Assembly (NCBI GenBank): GCA_965662235.1
Contig: CBFIGY010000002.1
Span: forward strand, 32,001-96,000
DNA: 64,000 nt
DNA from: an uncultured bacterium
Lineage (GTDB): Bacteria > SAR324 > NAC60-12
Direction: 5' to 3'
The notes under the pieces are model-generated. The model ran no database searches. It was given only the letters and a program-made list of their open reading frames with translations, and was not told where the DNA came from. Shown in pieces: positions 28,054-37,514 of this stretch; positions within the stretch are counted from its first letter, which is position 1; the number at the start of each line of letters is the position of its first letter. The position numbers and the translations under genes were made by a program.

Positions 28054-29123
28054 CCGGTCCGACCTCCCTTCCGCGCGCCACAGAGGGTGCCGTTCTCAAG
28101 ACCTACCTCGACCAGGCCGGGTCCGTGGTCCGCCAAGCAGCCCTTGCGCGCATCAGGGACGAGCCCTATGGTGAGGACCTTTATCCGCTGATGCGGGACT
28201 ACCTGGAGCGTGGAGGCAAGGGCTTTCGACCGGCACTGGTGCTGCTCTGCTGCGAGTGGTTTGGTGGCTCCGTGGAGCAGGCTCTGCCTTCCGCAGTCGC
28301 GCTGGAGCTGTTCCACAACTTTGCGCTCGTCCATGACGACATTGAGGACTCCTCTAGCTTCCGTCGTGGCCAGCCCACGCTGCACCGTCTCCATGGCATC
28401 CCACTCGCGCTCAATGCCGGAGATGCCCTGCTCGGGCTGGTGCATGAGACCCTGCTAGAAAACTTCACCCTTCTGCCACATTCGGTCGCCCTGCAGCTCC
28501 ACCAGCACTTCAACCAGGTGATGCGCCGGACCTTTGAAGGACAGTCCCTAGACATCGCCTGGGTCAGTCAAAACCGCATGCCGTCCCGGGACGAGTATGA
28601 GGCCATGATTGAGCGTAAAACCGGATGGTACTCGGGAACCGGCCCCTGTCAGGCCGGAGCCTTGCTCGCTGAAGCGTCTGCGGAACGGGTGGCACAGGTG
28701 GGGCGCCTGGGACGGTCGATTGGCATTGGCTTCCAGATCCGGGACGACCTTTTGAATCTGACAGAGTCCAGCACCCTTGTGGCGCCTCAAGGCGGCGGCG
28801 GCGGCTACGGCAAGGAACAAGGGGGAGACTTTGCTGAAGGGAAGCGTACTCTGATTGTGATCGAGTTGCTGGAACGTCTGGCTCCTTCTGACCGTGAACG
28901 CCTGGAGGCCCTGCTGCTGCTGCCTCCGGAGCAGACTCCCGAGACGGAGATCCAGTGGGCGATTGAGCAAGCCCACCAGAGCGGCGCCCTGGAAGCGGTC
29001 CAGCAGGTCTGCAACCAGCATGCGCAGGAGGCGCAGAGGCTGCTCTCCAACCTCCCAGAGCACCCGGTACGAAATTTGCTTTCAGAATTGGTCGGCTATT
29101 TGGCTCAAGAGCGCCTTTCCTGA
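28050..29123 (+). CDS. Short-chain polyprenyl diphosphate synthase (GGPP synthase-like)
   Basis: GGKGFRP, FALVHDDIED..RRG, GQSLD, KT, FQIRDD. Confidence 0.9.
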   Translation: MTGPTSLPRATEGAVLKTYLDQAGSVVRQAALARIRDEPYGEDLYPLMRDYLERGGKGFRPALVLLCCEWFGGSVEQALPSAVALELFHNFALVHDDIEDSSSFRRGQPTLHRLHGIPLALNAGDALLGLVHETLLENFTLLPHSVALQLHQHFNQVMRRTFEGQSLDIAWVSQNRMPSRDEYEAMIERKTGWYSGTGPCQAGALLAEASAERVAQVGRLGRSIGIGFQIRDDLLNLTESSTLVAPQGGGGGYGKEQGGDFAEGKRTLIVIELLERLAPSDRERLEALLLLPPEQTPETEIQWAIEQAHQSGALEAVQQVCNQHAQEAQRLLSNLPEHPVRNLLSELVGYLAQERLS

Positions 29124-29297
29124 GCCGGGATTCTTCCGAATGGACAATCCAATCAGAATCCACTATTCCTATAAGGGGATTCCGCTCGTGTCCTGCCCAC
29201 TTGTGTGTGTGCTCCGTTTCAGCGACGGAGGAGGTGGCGTGTTGCCCCACGGCCAGTTTTCACCTCACAACTCAGAATCCACCTACTGAAGAAACGC

Positions 29298-30611
29298 ATG
29301 CTCTCAGATCAAGAACGACAGATCATCCGTAATCTTGGGGAAATTCAAGACCCCTTGAAGCTGTTTGATGTTCTTCATGCGGCCAAAGAGAAGCTACTCT
29401 CAGAGCTCCGGAGCGCGAGCCGAAACACCATTAAAAGTAGCATCCTCCGCAACGTCAACAAGCGTAACACCTCTGGTGGTGAGGGGACCGAGCTGGAAAT
29501 GACCGGTTCTCGGCTGGCGGCCCTGTCTTCTCTGAAGAGTGCGGCTCGTCACGTGGAAGAACTCCAGGCCAATCCGTTCAACTCCAAGGCCCGTTTGGAA
29601 CTGGTGGAAGCGTACGTCAAGCGGGGGGAAGAGGACCACCTGATCCTCAACCGAGATGCCTTCCTGCTGGCGCTGATGGAGGTGGAGCATCAGGACCCGA
29701 ACACCCACACCCTCCGGGTGGCGTCCATTGCGCAAAAGAAGTACCTCGACTCCCTAGAGGCCTTCCTCAAGGCAGAGAACGCCGAGGTCCAGGATGCAGC
29801 CCAAAATGTGGACCAGATCAAAGAAGCGAACCGCAAGCTGTGGTACGTCTCAGAGATGGCCAAGACCTTCAAGCACCGGACCTTCAAGGAAGACGCCGAG
29901 TTCCACGTCAACGAGATCCTCAAGACCGGACGGGTCAAGCGGGATGACATTGGTGCCCGACTGGCTCCGCTGATTGAAGTGCTCGGGAACCTCCCCAGCG
30001 CAACCGGCTCACGTGAACGGGTGATGGATGTGCTGGGAAGAGTCTCGTCCAAACACGCACTCGCAGCCCACTACCAAGGACAGCTGCTGCGCAAGGATGC
30101 TCGGATCCTGATGATGCGGTTCAAGGCTGGAGAAAAGGAGAAGGGGCCTGAAGTGCTCAGCACGTTGGACAGTGCTCTGGTGCATGCCCGGAATTCGATC
30201 AAGCTGATGAAGGGGACCACGAGCCGGGTTGAGCAGGCGCTCTGCATCAAGGAGTTTGGCTTCCTCTGCCTCGCCGTCAGCCAGTACTACCCCATGACCG
30301 GCACCAACATCCGCTCCGAGCACGTCCGTTTGATTGAGACGGCGGCCCGCATGCTGGGGATGGTGTCTCAGGATCGCGGAATCTCCGAGCTGCAGAAGAA
30401 GCTCATCAGCAGCATTCAGACGTTTAAGAAAGCGGCTGGTAAGTCCAGCCAGTCAACGGATGCAGAAGAGGAGAAGAGCCCGAAGGCGGACGCCCGGAAC
30501 AAGTTCTTCACCCGGGAGGTGCCCAAGGAAAAGGTCCTGGGCTCCAACGAGGACTTCAACAAGCCGACCAAAGACTTCTTCGAAAAACCGATCCCAGAGG
30601 ATCAGTTCTGA
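29298..30611 (+). CDS. Hypothetical alpha-helical protein
   Basis: 437-aa ORF with host-like codon usage filling the gap; no family recognised. Confidence 0.75.
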   Translation: MLSDQERQIIRNLGEIQDPLKLFDVLHAAKEKLLSELRSASRNTIKSSILRNVNKRNTSGGEGTELEMTGSRLAALSSLKSAARHVEELQANPFNSKARLELVEAYVKRGEEDHLILNRDAFLLALMEVEHQDPNTHTLRVASIAQKKYLDSLEAFLKAENAEVQDAAQNVDQIKEANRKLWYVSEMAKTFKHRTFKEDAEFHVNEILKTGRVKRDDIGARLAPLIEVLGNLPSATGSRERVMDVLGRVSSKHALAAHYQGQLLRKDARILMMRFKAGEKEKGPEVLSTLDSALVHARNSIKLMKGTTSRVEQALCIKEFGFLCLAVSQYYPMTGTNIRSEHVRLIETAARMLGMVSQDRGISELQKKLISSIQTFKKAAGKSSQSTDAEEEKSPKADARNKFFTREVPKEKVLGSNEDFNKPTKDFFEKPIPEDQF

Positions 30612-30614
30612 ACC

Positions 30615-31646
30615 CTACAGCAACGCCATGATGCTGTCAGCGACACTCTCCAAGGCCACAGACTTCTCGGCGGCGCCGTTGAGCGTAGCTTCTCGGGGCA
30701 TGCCGTACACCACACTGGTGGCTTCATCCTGAGCCAACGTCCGGGCTCCTGCCTGACGCATGGCCAAGAGTCCCCGGGCTCCATCTGAGCCCATTCCCGT
30801 CAAGATCACCCCCACCGCATTGTTTCCTGCCGACTCCGCGACCGACTGCATCAGCACGTCCACCGACGGACGGTGTCGCGAAACCGGAGGTCCCTGTTTG
30901 ACCGAAGCCACGTAGCGGGCGCCATTGCGGCGAAGCAGCAGGTGGTAGTTTCCGGGGGCCAACAGCACCAGCCCATCCCGCAGCTCATCTCCGTCTTTTG
31001 CCTCCCGGACCTCCATCTCGCACAACGAATTCAGGCGATCCGCAAAGGACTTGGTGAAGAACTCGGGCATGTGCTGCACCACCACAATTCCGGGAGACGA
31101 CGCCGGCATGCGCTGGAGCACCACACGCAGGGCCTCAGTGCCACCGGTCGAAGCGCCAATGGCGATGACCTTGTTGGTGGTTGTCTTCAGCAGCGGTTCC
31201 TTGCGGGCCTCAACCATCGGGGCTGGAGCACGGTGCCGGACCTGTACCTGAGACGCCCGGACCACCACATCAATCAAACGCCCCATCAGCTCCTGCAGCC
31301 CATGCGTCAGGTCCGCCTTCGGCTTGGGAAACACGTCAATCGCGCCCAGCTCCAGCGCCTTCATGCTGATCTCCCGACGTCCCTCCAGAAGGGAGCTGAA
31401 GACCACAATGGGCAGCGGCCAGTGCTTCATCAGGACCGAGATGAACTCCAGACCGTCCATGCGGGGCATTTCCAGGTCCAGGGTGATGACATCCGGCTTC
31501 ACCTGAACAATCTTGTCCCGAGCCTCATAGGGGTCTCCGGCGGTGCCCAGCACCTCAATGCGGGGGTCTTTTCCAAACTCACGGCTGAGGACACTCCGAA
31601 TGACAGCGGAGTCGTCCACAATTAACACACGTGCTGGAGATGCCAT
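30615..31646 (-). CDS. cheB: Chemotaxis methylesterase CheB
   Basis: REC (VDDS, TLDLEMP) plus GASTGG, QHMP, HRPSVD, LTGMGSDG. Confidence 0.97.
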   Translation of the reverse strand: MASPARVLIVDDSAVIRSVLSREFGKDPRIEVLGTAGDPYEARDKIVQVKPDVITLDLEMPRMDGLEFISVLMKHWPLPIVVFSSLLEGRREISMKALELGAIDVFPKPKADLTHGLQELMGRLIDVVVRASQVQVRHRAPAPMVEARKEPLLKTTTNKVIAIGASTGGTEALRVVLQRMPASSPGIVVVQHMPEFFTKSFADRLNSLCEMEVREAKDGDELRDGLVLLAPGNYHLLLRRNGARYVASVKQGPPVSRHRPSVDVLMQSVAESAGNNAVGVILTGMGSDGARGLLAMRQAGARTLAQDEATSVVYGMPREATLNGAAEKSVALESVADSIMALL

Positions 31647-31649
31647 GGG

Positions 31650-32180
31650 TTACCCTTCCATCAAACGAGATTCTTTACGGAAGTCGAAGCTCTGCAGGTA
31701 GCTCATTCGAATTTTTCCTGTAAGAGTATCAAAGACAATTTTTCGACCGAGGTCTCCCCCGATGTCCTGTCCCAAAATGGGAACTTCTAAGCGAGAGAGA
31801 ACCCGGAAGGTAATCGCCAGGTTCCGAGAACCCACCGACAGCATCTTGCTGCTCATGTTGGTTGAGATGCCACTGGCTCCCCCGAAGACCTTGGCCACCA
31901 TGTCCCGTTTTTGGCAGCCGGACTCCATCATGAGGTCAAACAAAACATACGTTCCCACGTTGGCATAGCGGGTGGAAGCGCTGCCTTCTGCACTCACCGG
32001 CAGGATCACGTGGTTCATGCCAGAGATCTTCCGTTTCTGGTCCCAGAGGCAGACCGCCACGCAGGAGCCGAGGATCGTTGTGATCTGTCCGGACTCATCT
32101 GTGACGTAAACCTCTCCGGGCTGCACATGCTGAAGGAACGCCGGCGTCGGATTATTTTCGGTAGATGGAGCTTTGTACAT
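31650..32180 (-). CDS. cheD: Chemoreceptor glutamine deamidase CheD
   Basis: TTILGSCVAVCLWD, GMNH, AKVFGGA, VGSRN, DIGG..GRKI. Confidence 0.93.
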   Translation of the reverse strand: MYKAPSTENNPTPAFLQHVQPGEVYVTDESGQITTILGSCVAVCLWDQKRKISGMNHVILPVSAEGSASTRYANVGTYVLFDLMMESGCQKRDMVAKVFGGASGISTNMSSKMLSVGSRNLAITFRVLSRLEVPILGQDIGGDLGRKIVFDTLTGKIRMSYLQSFDFRKESRLMEG

Positions 32181-32964
32181 AGGTCAGTGACGTTTCCACA
32201 CCAATCAGACTTTCAGAGTGCCCAATGAAGAGGTGCCCCCCTGGTTTCAGGAACTTGACCAGCTTGGCCACCACCTTCTCCTGAGTCGGTTTGTCAAAGT
32301 AGATCATGACATTCCGACAGAAGATGAAGTCAAACTGCGTGTTGAGGGGGTAATCGCCCATCAGGTTCAGACGTCGGAAGCGCACCAAGCGCTTCAGCTC
32401 CGCGGACACCCGGTACGAGGTCCCGCGTCGGTCCGACTCGGCAGTGAAGTACTTCTTCAGGTAATTGGACGGAATCGGAGCCACAATGGACTCTTGATAG
32501 AGCCCGGCCTCAGCCAGATCCAGGACCCGTGTGGAAAGGTCCGTCGCCAGAATCTTGAGGTCCATGGAGGCGTAGTTTGCCAGGTTCTCAGCAAACAGCA
32601 TCGCCAGCGTGTAAGGCTCCTCGCCACTGGAGCAGGCGGCGCTCCAAGCACGGACCGTCCGCTGCTGCTGAAGCTGCGGAAAGATCTCCTTCTTGAGGTA
32701 CTCGAAGTGCCCGTTTTCCCGGAAGAAGTCGGTCTTGTTGGTCGAAATCGAGTTGAGCATCAGGGTCAACTCGTTGCCCGAGCTGTCCTTCAGCACATAG
32801 TTGCGGTAATCCGCAAAGGAACTGAGCTTCAGCTCCCGGATCCGCTTGTGCAGACGGGTGACCAGGAGCTGCTTCTTGCCCGTGCCGAGGTTGATGCCCG
32901 AAAGCTCATAAATGAGCTTCCGGAATCGATCAAACTCGTCGTCATCCAGATGAGGGGTTTCCAC
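32152..32964 (-). CDS. cheR: Chemotaxis methyltransferase CheR
   Basis: TNKTDFFRE, WSAACSSGEEPY, IFCRNVMIYF, IGHSESL. Confidence 0.97.
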   Translation of the reverse strand: METPHLDDDEFDRFRKLIYELSGINLGTGKKQLLVTRLHKRIRELKLSSFADYRNYVLKDSSGNELTLMLNSISTNKTDFFRENGHFEYLKKEIFPQLQQQRTVRAWSAACSSGEEPYTLAMLFAENLANYASMDLKILATDLSTRVLDLAEAGLYQESIVAPIPSNYLKKYFTAESDRRGTSYRVSAELKRLVRFRRLNLMGDYPLNTQFDFIFCRNVMIYFDKPTQEKVVAKLVKFLKPGGHLFIGHSESLIGVETSLTYVQSSIYRK

Positions 32965-32967
32965 GGC

Positions 32968-33003
32968 TTAAAACTCCGAAAAATCGTCACGCATCGGAAT
33001 CAT
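32968..33003. repeat. 36-nt exact repeat, copy 1 (copy 2 at 34866-34901)
   Basis: TTAAAACTCCGAAAAATCGTCACGCATCGGAATCAT occurs at both MCP 3' ends. Confidence 0.95.
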
Positions 33004-34863
33004 ATCATTGGGTGAAACCTTATGAGATTTTTCGGTTGCCGGTTGAGAAGCCGCAGGGGTGGAAGACGATGCCGGGGCCTTCGGTTTGGTTGGCGCCTGA
33101 ATTCGAGGCGTCTTCATCCGTGGAGGCTGCGCGTCCCGGTGGTGCCGCCGTGTCTCCACAAGGCTTCCAGTATCAATGCCCACGAGGTTCGACAGCTCCA
33201 TCACCTGCTCCCTCAGAAGCTGGGCCTGGCCGCTCATTTCCTCTGCAGACGACGCGGTTTGCTCAGCATTGGCCGCATTCCCCTGAGTCAGCTGATCCAT
33301 CTGCAACACGGCTCGGGTGACCTGCTCCACAGCGTCCGACTGTTGTTCCGAAGCGCCCTGGATGTTTTCCACCAGGTGCTCAATCTGGTTCACCTGCGAG
33401 CTTTGCTCTTTGGAAGACTCTGAAATTTCATCAATCAGGTCGGCGAGCTTGATGAACTTCTCCAGAATGAGCTTCAACGCCACCTCGCCCCGGCCAGCCT
33501 GCTCGGTACCGGCGCGGGCCTTGCCGTCGCTCTCTTGAATCAATCCGGCAATCTCCTTGGCTGCCTGTTTGGAGTTTTCAGCCAATTTGGAAACCTCGTT
33601 GGCCACCACCGCAAAGCCCTTTCCCTGCTCTCCGGCACGGGCCGCTTCAATGGCCGCGTTGGTCGCCAGCATCTTTGTCTGGTGCGTGATGTCATTGATC
33701 ACATCAATGATGTCCGTGATCTGCTCGCTCATCTTGCTGATTTCACGCATGGAGTCTGCGATTTCCTTCATCGTCTGAGCTCCAGACTCAACGGAACTGC
33801 GCGCTTCTTCCGAGAGCTTGGCCGTCAGCTGAGCATTCTCCGTGTTCTGCCGGGTGATGTTCCCCATCTGCTTCACGGAACGGACGGCAGACTGCGCATT
33901 GTCCGCATTCTCCCGCGTCTGCTGCTCAATCTCCGTCATGGTGCTCGATGTTTCCTCTAGGCTCGCCGCCTGATTTGAGGCAGAGTCGGCAAGCGACATG
34001 CTGAGACCCGAGACGTTTTCTGCAGCATGCAGGGTCTGGGTGGACATCTCAGAGAGGGTACTGATGACGCGCTGAATCGGTGAAATGACCCCACCCTTCA
34101 CCACAAAGAAGAAGATGCCCAGAATGCCGATCAGCACCAGGACCGTTACGCCAAGCACCTGGTAGGTGCTGCTCCGTAGTTCTTCTTGAAGGGGCGTCAG
34201 GTCCTGCACAATTTCAAAGCCTCCGGTTACCATGCCGGCGCTCCAGCCTTCCATCTGGAAGCCGAAGACGTCATAGCCGTCTCCATCCGGATCATCTGCC
34301 ACAGTGCCGTGGCACACAAGGCAGTCTTTGGTCAGTTTAACCGGCATGATGTAGCGGAAGGTGTTGGTCTCGGTATCGTAGCGATACGTCTCCGAGAGGC
34401 CCTGCTGCTCCAGTTCTCTCAGCATCTCCCGCTCCAGGGGATCAGCCTCGTTCTTCGGGTTCCGGGCTTGGATCCGGGGCGTCTTGAATTCGAAGTTAGA
34501 CTGATCGGCGTTGCGCTGTCCGATGTTCCATGCAGCGACCACGGGCACGGTCCAGTAAATCCGTGTCTGCCGTACGGCTTCCAGCTTGGCGCTTCGGCTG
34601 CTGAACTGCTGCTCGCGGACCGCCCTGGTCTCCTCAAGCATCTCCGCGTCATTGAAGCTGTTGTGCTTCCCCCGCATCTCCGCCACATAGTAAAGAGCGT
34701 TCATCGCAGCAGTGGTGACGGCCCGGGACTTCAGGATCATATTGTTTTCATTGATCCGTTTGATCTCATTGCGGTTGATCAACACAATGACGGCCGCAAT
34801 GCTGAGGGCCCCCACCACAAAGAGGATCGTGATTTTTGAAAGTAAACCAACGTTGGTCTTCAT
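32968..34863 (-). CDS. Methyl-accepting chemotaxis protein with periplasmic c-type heme (DUF3365/Tll0287-like) sensor
   Basis: Two TMs; ARNPKN..D..E and FRYIMPV...CLVCHG; signalling tip [20 protein letters not shown]; ends DFSEF. Confidence 0.9.
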   Translation of the reverse strand: MKTNVGLLSKITILFVVGALSIAAVIVLINRNEIKRINENNMILKSRAVTTAAMNALYYVAEMRGKHNSFNDAEMLEETRAVREQQFSSRSAKLEAVRQTRIYWTVPVVAAWNIGQRNADQSNFEFKTPRIQARNPKNEADPLEREMLRELEQQGLSETYRYDTETNTFRYIMPVKLTKDCLVCHGTVADDPDGDGYDVFGFQMEGWSAGMVTGGFEIVQDLTPLQEELRSSTYQVLGVTVLVLIGILGIFFFVVKGGVISPIQRVISTLSEMSTQTLHAAENVSGLSMSLADSASNQAASLEETSSTMTEIEQQTRENADNAQSAVRSVKQMGNITRQNTENAQLTAKLSEEARSSVESGAQTMKEIADSMREISKMSEQITDIIDVINDITHQTKMLATNAAIEAARAGEQGKGFAVVANEVSKLAENSKQAAKEIAGLIQESDGKARAGTEQAGRGEVALKLILEKFIKLADLIDEISESSKEQSSQVNQIEHLVENIQGASEQQSDAVEQVTRAVLQMDQLTQGNAANAEQTASSAEEMSGQAQLLREQVMELSNLVGIDTGSLVETRRHHRDAQPPRMKTPRIQAPTKPKAPASSSTPAASQPATEKSHKVSPNDMIPMRDDFSEF

Positions 34864-34865
34864 CC

Positions 34866-37016
34866 TTAAAACTCCGAAAAATCGTCACGCATCGGAATCA
34901 TTTCCTCTGCTTTGACTTGTTTGGTGATTTTGGGCTTCGGAGCCGGAAGTTGCGCGGCCTTCTGGGGAGACCGAGCGGGATTCGGCTCTCTGAACGTTGA
35001 AGCAGTAGAGGCAAGGGACGTCGAACGCTCTCGGGGCCTTGAGGGCACTGCAGGCGCCGAGGGGTGTTCCGATGCGCCACCGACATGCAGAGAGATCTCT
35101 GCGACCAGCTCGTTGAGCAGCTGGGCTTGAGACGAGAGCTCTTCTGCGGCGGCGGCTGTTTCCTCTGAGATCGAAGCGTTCGTCTGCGTCACCGTGTTCA
35201 TTTCATTGATGGCAATCGACACCTGCTCCACACCACTGGCTTGTTCAGAGGACGCGGAATTGATGCCCTTGATCATCCGTTCCATTTCGCCAATCTTCTG
35301 AGCCTGCTCACTGCTGGAAGCCGTCACTTCGTCAATGAGATCGGACACCTTGATGTTCCGTTCCAAAATATCCTGGAGGGCCTGCTCTCCCTGAAGAGCC
35401 AGCTCGCCTCCTTCCTTACTCTTGCTGACGCTCTCACGGATCAAGGAGCCAATCTCTTTGGCTGCTTGCTTCGAGTTTTCAGCCAGCTTGGAGACCTCAT
35501 CAGCCACCACCGCGAACCCCTTGCCGTGCTCACCGGCACGAGCAGCTTCAATCGCAGCATTGGTCGCCAGCATCTTCGTCTGGTGAGTAATGGAGTCGAT
35601 GACCTCAATGATGGCGGTAATCTGATCGCTCCCCTTGCGGATGTCGCCCATTGCGGACGTGATGGCGTTCATCGCTTTTACTCCAGCTTGAGCCGCATCA
35701 CGCGCTTCCGAAGAGAACTGGGCGGTCAGGCGCGTGTTTTCATCAGACTGTTTGATCATGGACGACACCGACTCAACCGCTGTCGAAACGTAAGCGGCGT
35801 TGTCTGCGTTTTCCCGGACCTGACTGGTGATTTCTTCAATTGAGGCTGAGGTTTCCTCGAGGCTGGAAGCCTGCTCACTGGCTCCTGTCGAAACTTCCGT
35901 CGAGCTCTGAGAAATCTGCTCTGCGGCACCGGACAGTTGCGTTGAGGACTCTGAAAGCTCGTTGACCATGCGCATCAGCAACGACGTGATGTTGCGGATC
36001 AACAGGATCCCCAAGACGATGGTCACCACCAACGCCAGGAGGAACAAGACCCCCATCATCATGTCCACCTGAGCCTGCAGTTCCTTGGCTCGGTCACGCT
36101 CCTGATTGACGGCAGCGTCACCGCTGGACTCCAGTTCATGCAGCAGAGTGGAAAGGGTCTTGGTGTTTTCAATGTAGGCATTGAGCGCCAGGTTCATGGC
36201 CTGGAGCTGCTGCACGGCGGTGCGGAAGACCTGCTCATGCTCCCGGACTTTTTCTTGAAAGAGCCCCGCAAAGCGCTGCCCTTGGCTGTTGGTTCCATTC
36301 ACGAAGATCGGCAACGTAGCCATCTCGTTCATGGTGTCCTTGAGGTTGGTCAGCGACTCCTCAAAATCGCCCTGTAGTTCCGGAATGCGTTCCGGCCGGG
36401 CCAGCATCAGCTGGTAGTAGTAGAACCGCTCCAGCAGGAAGATGCTGCTTTCCATGCCGCCGTCTGCCGCGCTCCAGCGTTCGTCCAACCCCAAGTTCCA
36501 GGAGGTCAGCTGATCCGGATTGTTCCGGAGCTCTTCTACCTGGGCGTCTCCCAACGCCTCCGCCTCCACCATCATGGAGCGGAAGGACTCAAACCCAGCA
36601 CGGAGCTCAAGGTCGGTTGCGGAAAAAGCCTGGAACTTCTGAACCAGGTCCGCCCGGAGTTGGTCGTACCGGGAGGTCAAGGAGGCCAGACGATTCCGTT
36701 GCTCCTGAGACACCAAAGAGGAGTTCTGCAGCCGCTCCAGAGAGACCTCCTTCTCCTCCTGAGCCTGATCCAATTGCAAGAAGACCTCTTCAACGTTCTG
36801 TCCCTTCAGGAGTTCTTCCATTGAGATGATCTGCTGCTGCAAGGAGATCATGGTGTTCATGGTGCCATCTGCCGTTTCCCAAGCAGGACCCGTCACATAA
36901 TTCATGCTGTCTTCCAGCAACTGAATTCCGTAGTAACCAATTCCACTGACAATGCCAAAGAGTACGGAAAGAGCCGTAAAGCTGGCGGTGAGCTTCTGAC
37001 CTATTGTCAATCTCAT
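34866..37016 (-). CDS. Methyl-accepting chemotaxis protein with helical periplasmic sensor
   Basis: Two TMs, long helical periplasmic domain, [20 protein letters not shown]; ends DFSEF. Confidence 0.93.
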   Translation of the reverse strand: MRLTIGQKLTASFTALSVLFGIVSGIGYYGIQLLEDSMNYVTGPAWETADGTMNTMISLQQQIISMEELLKGQNVEEVFLQLDQAQEEKEVSLERLQNSSLVSQEQRNRLASLTSRYDQLRADLVQKFQAFSATDLELRAGFESFRSMMVEAEALGDAQVEELRNNPDQLTSWNLGLDERWSAADGGMESSIFLLERFYYYQLMLARPERIPELQGDFEESLTNLKDTMNEMATLPIFVNGTNSQGQRFAGLFQEKVREHEQVFRTAVQQLQAMNLALNAYIENTKTLSTLLHELESSGDAAVNQERDRAKELQAQVDMMMGVLFLLALVVTIVLGILLIRNITSLLMRMVNELSESSTQLSGAAEQISQSSTEVSTGASEQASSLEETSASIEEITSQVRENADNAAYVSTAVESVSSMIKQSDENTRLTAQFSSEARDAAQAGVKAMNAITSAMGDIRKGSDQITAIIEVIDSITHQTKMLATNAAIEAARAGEHGKGFAVVADEVSKLAENSKQAAKEIGSLIRESVSKSKEGGELALQGEQALQDILERNIKVSDLIDEVTASSSEQAQKIGEMERMIKGINSASSEQASGVEQVSIAINEMNTVTQTNASISEETAAAAEELSSQAQLLNELVAEISLHVGGASEHPSAPAVPSRPRERSTSLASTASTFREPNPARSPQKAAQLPAPKPKITKQVKAEEMIPMRDDFSEF

Positions 37017-37498
37017 GAAAATCCTTGGGCTTTGAGTAGAACCAGCTCATCGTTGGTCAGGATGTTCTCGATATCAAGAACGATGACGACACGAGACTCC
37101 AGCTTGGCCATGCCACTGATGAACTCGGTTCGGATATTGGTCCCCAGTTGAGGAGTGTCTTCAAACTGCTCGCGTTCCACACGGGTGACACCGATCAGGG
37201 CATCCACAATGACACCGGTGAGGGCGCCCTGAACGTCCACCACAATGATGCAGGTTTCAGTGGTCGACTGCTCCATCGGTGGCATGTTGAACTTGGTCCG
37301 CAGGTCAATCACCGGAATGATCTTTCCCCTCAGGTTGATCACCCCCTTCATGAACGAAGGCGTGTGCGGGACCGGATCAATGGGCATCAACCCGACCACT
37401 TCGCGTGCCTCCAGAATCTTGATTCCGTATTCCTGGGTGCCCAACATGAAGGTGAGCATTTTTCCTTCAGATTTTTCAAACAACGAGTTCTGGCTCAT
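37013..37498 (-). CDS. cheW: Chemotaxis coupling protein CheW
   Basis: [42 protein letters not shown]. Confidence 0.95.
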   Translation of the reverse strand: MSQNSLFEKSEGKMLTFMLGTQEYGIKILEAREVVGLMPIDPVPHTPSFMKGVINLRGKIIPVIDLRTKFNMPPMEQSTTETCIIVVDVQGALTGVIVDALIGVTRVEREQFEDTPQLGTNIRTEFISGMAKLESRVVIVLDIENILTNDELVLLKAQGFS

Positions 37499-37514
37499 TG
37501 GACTCCTTACTTTC

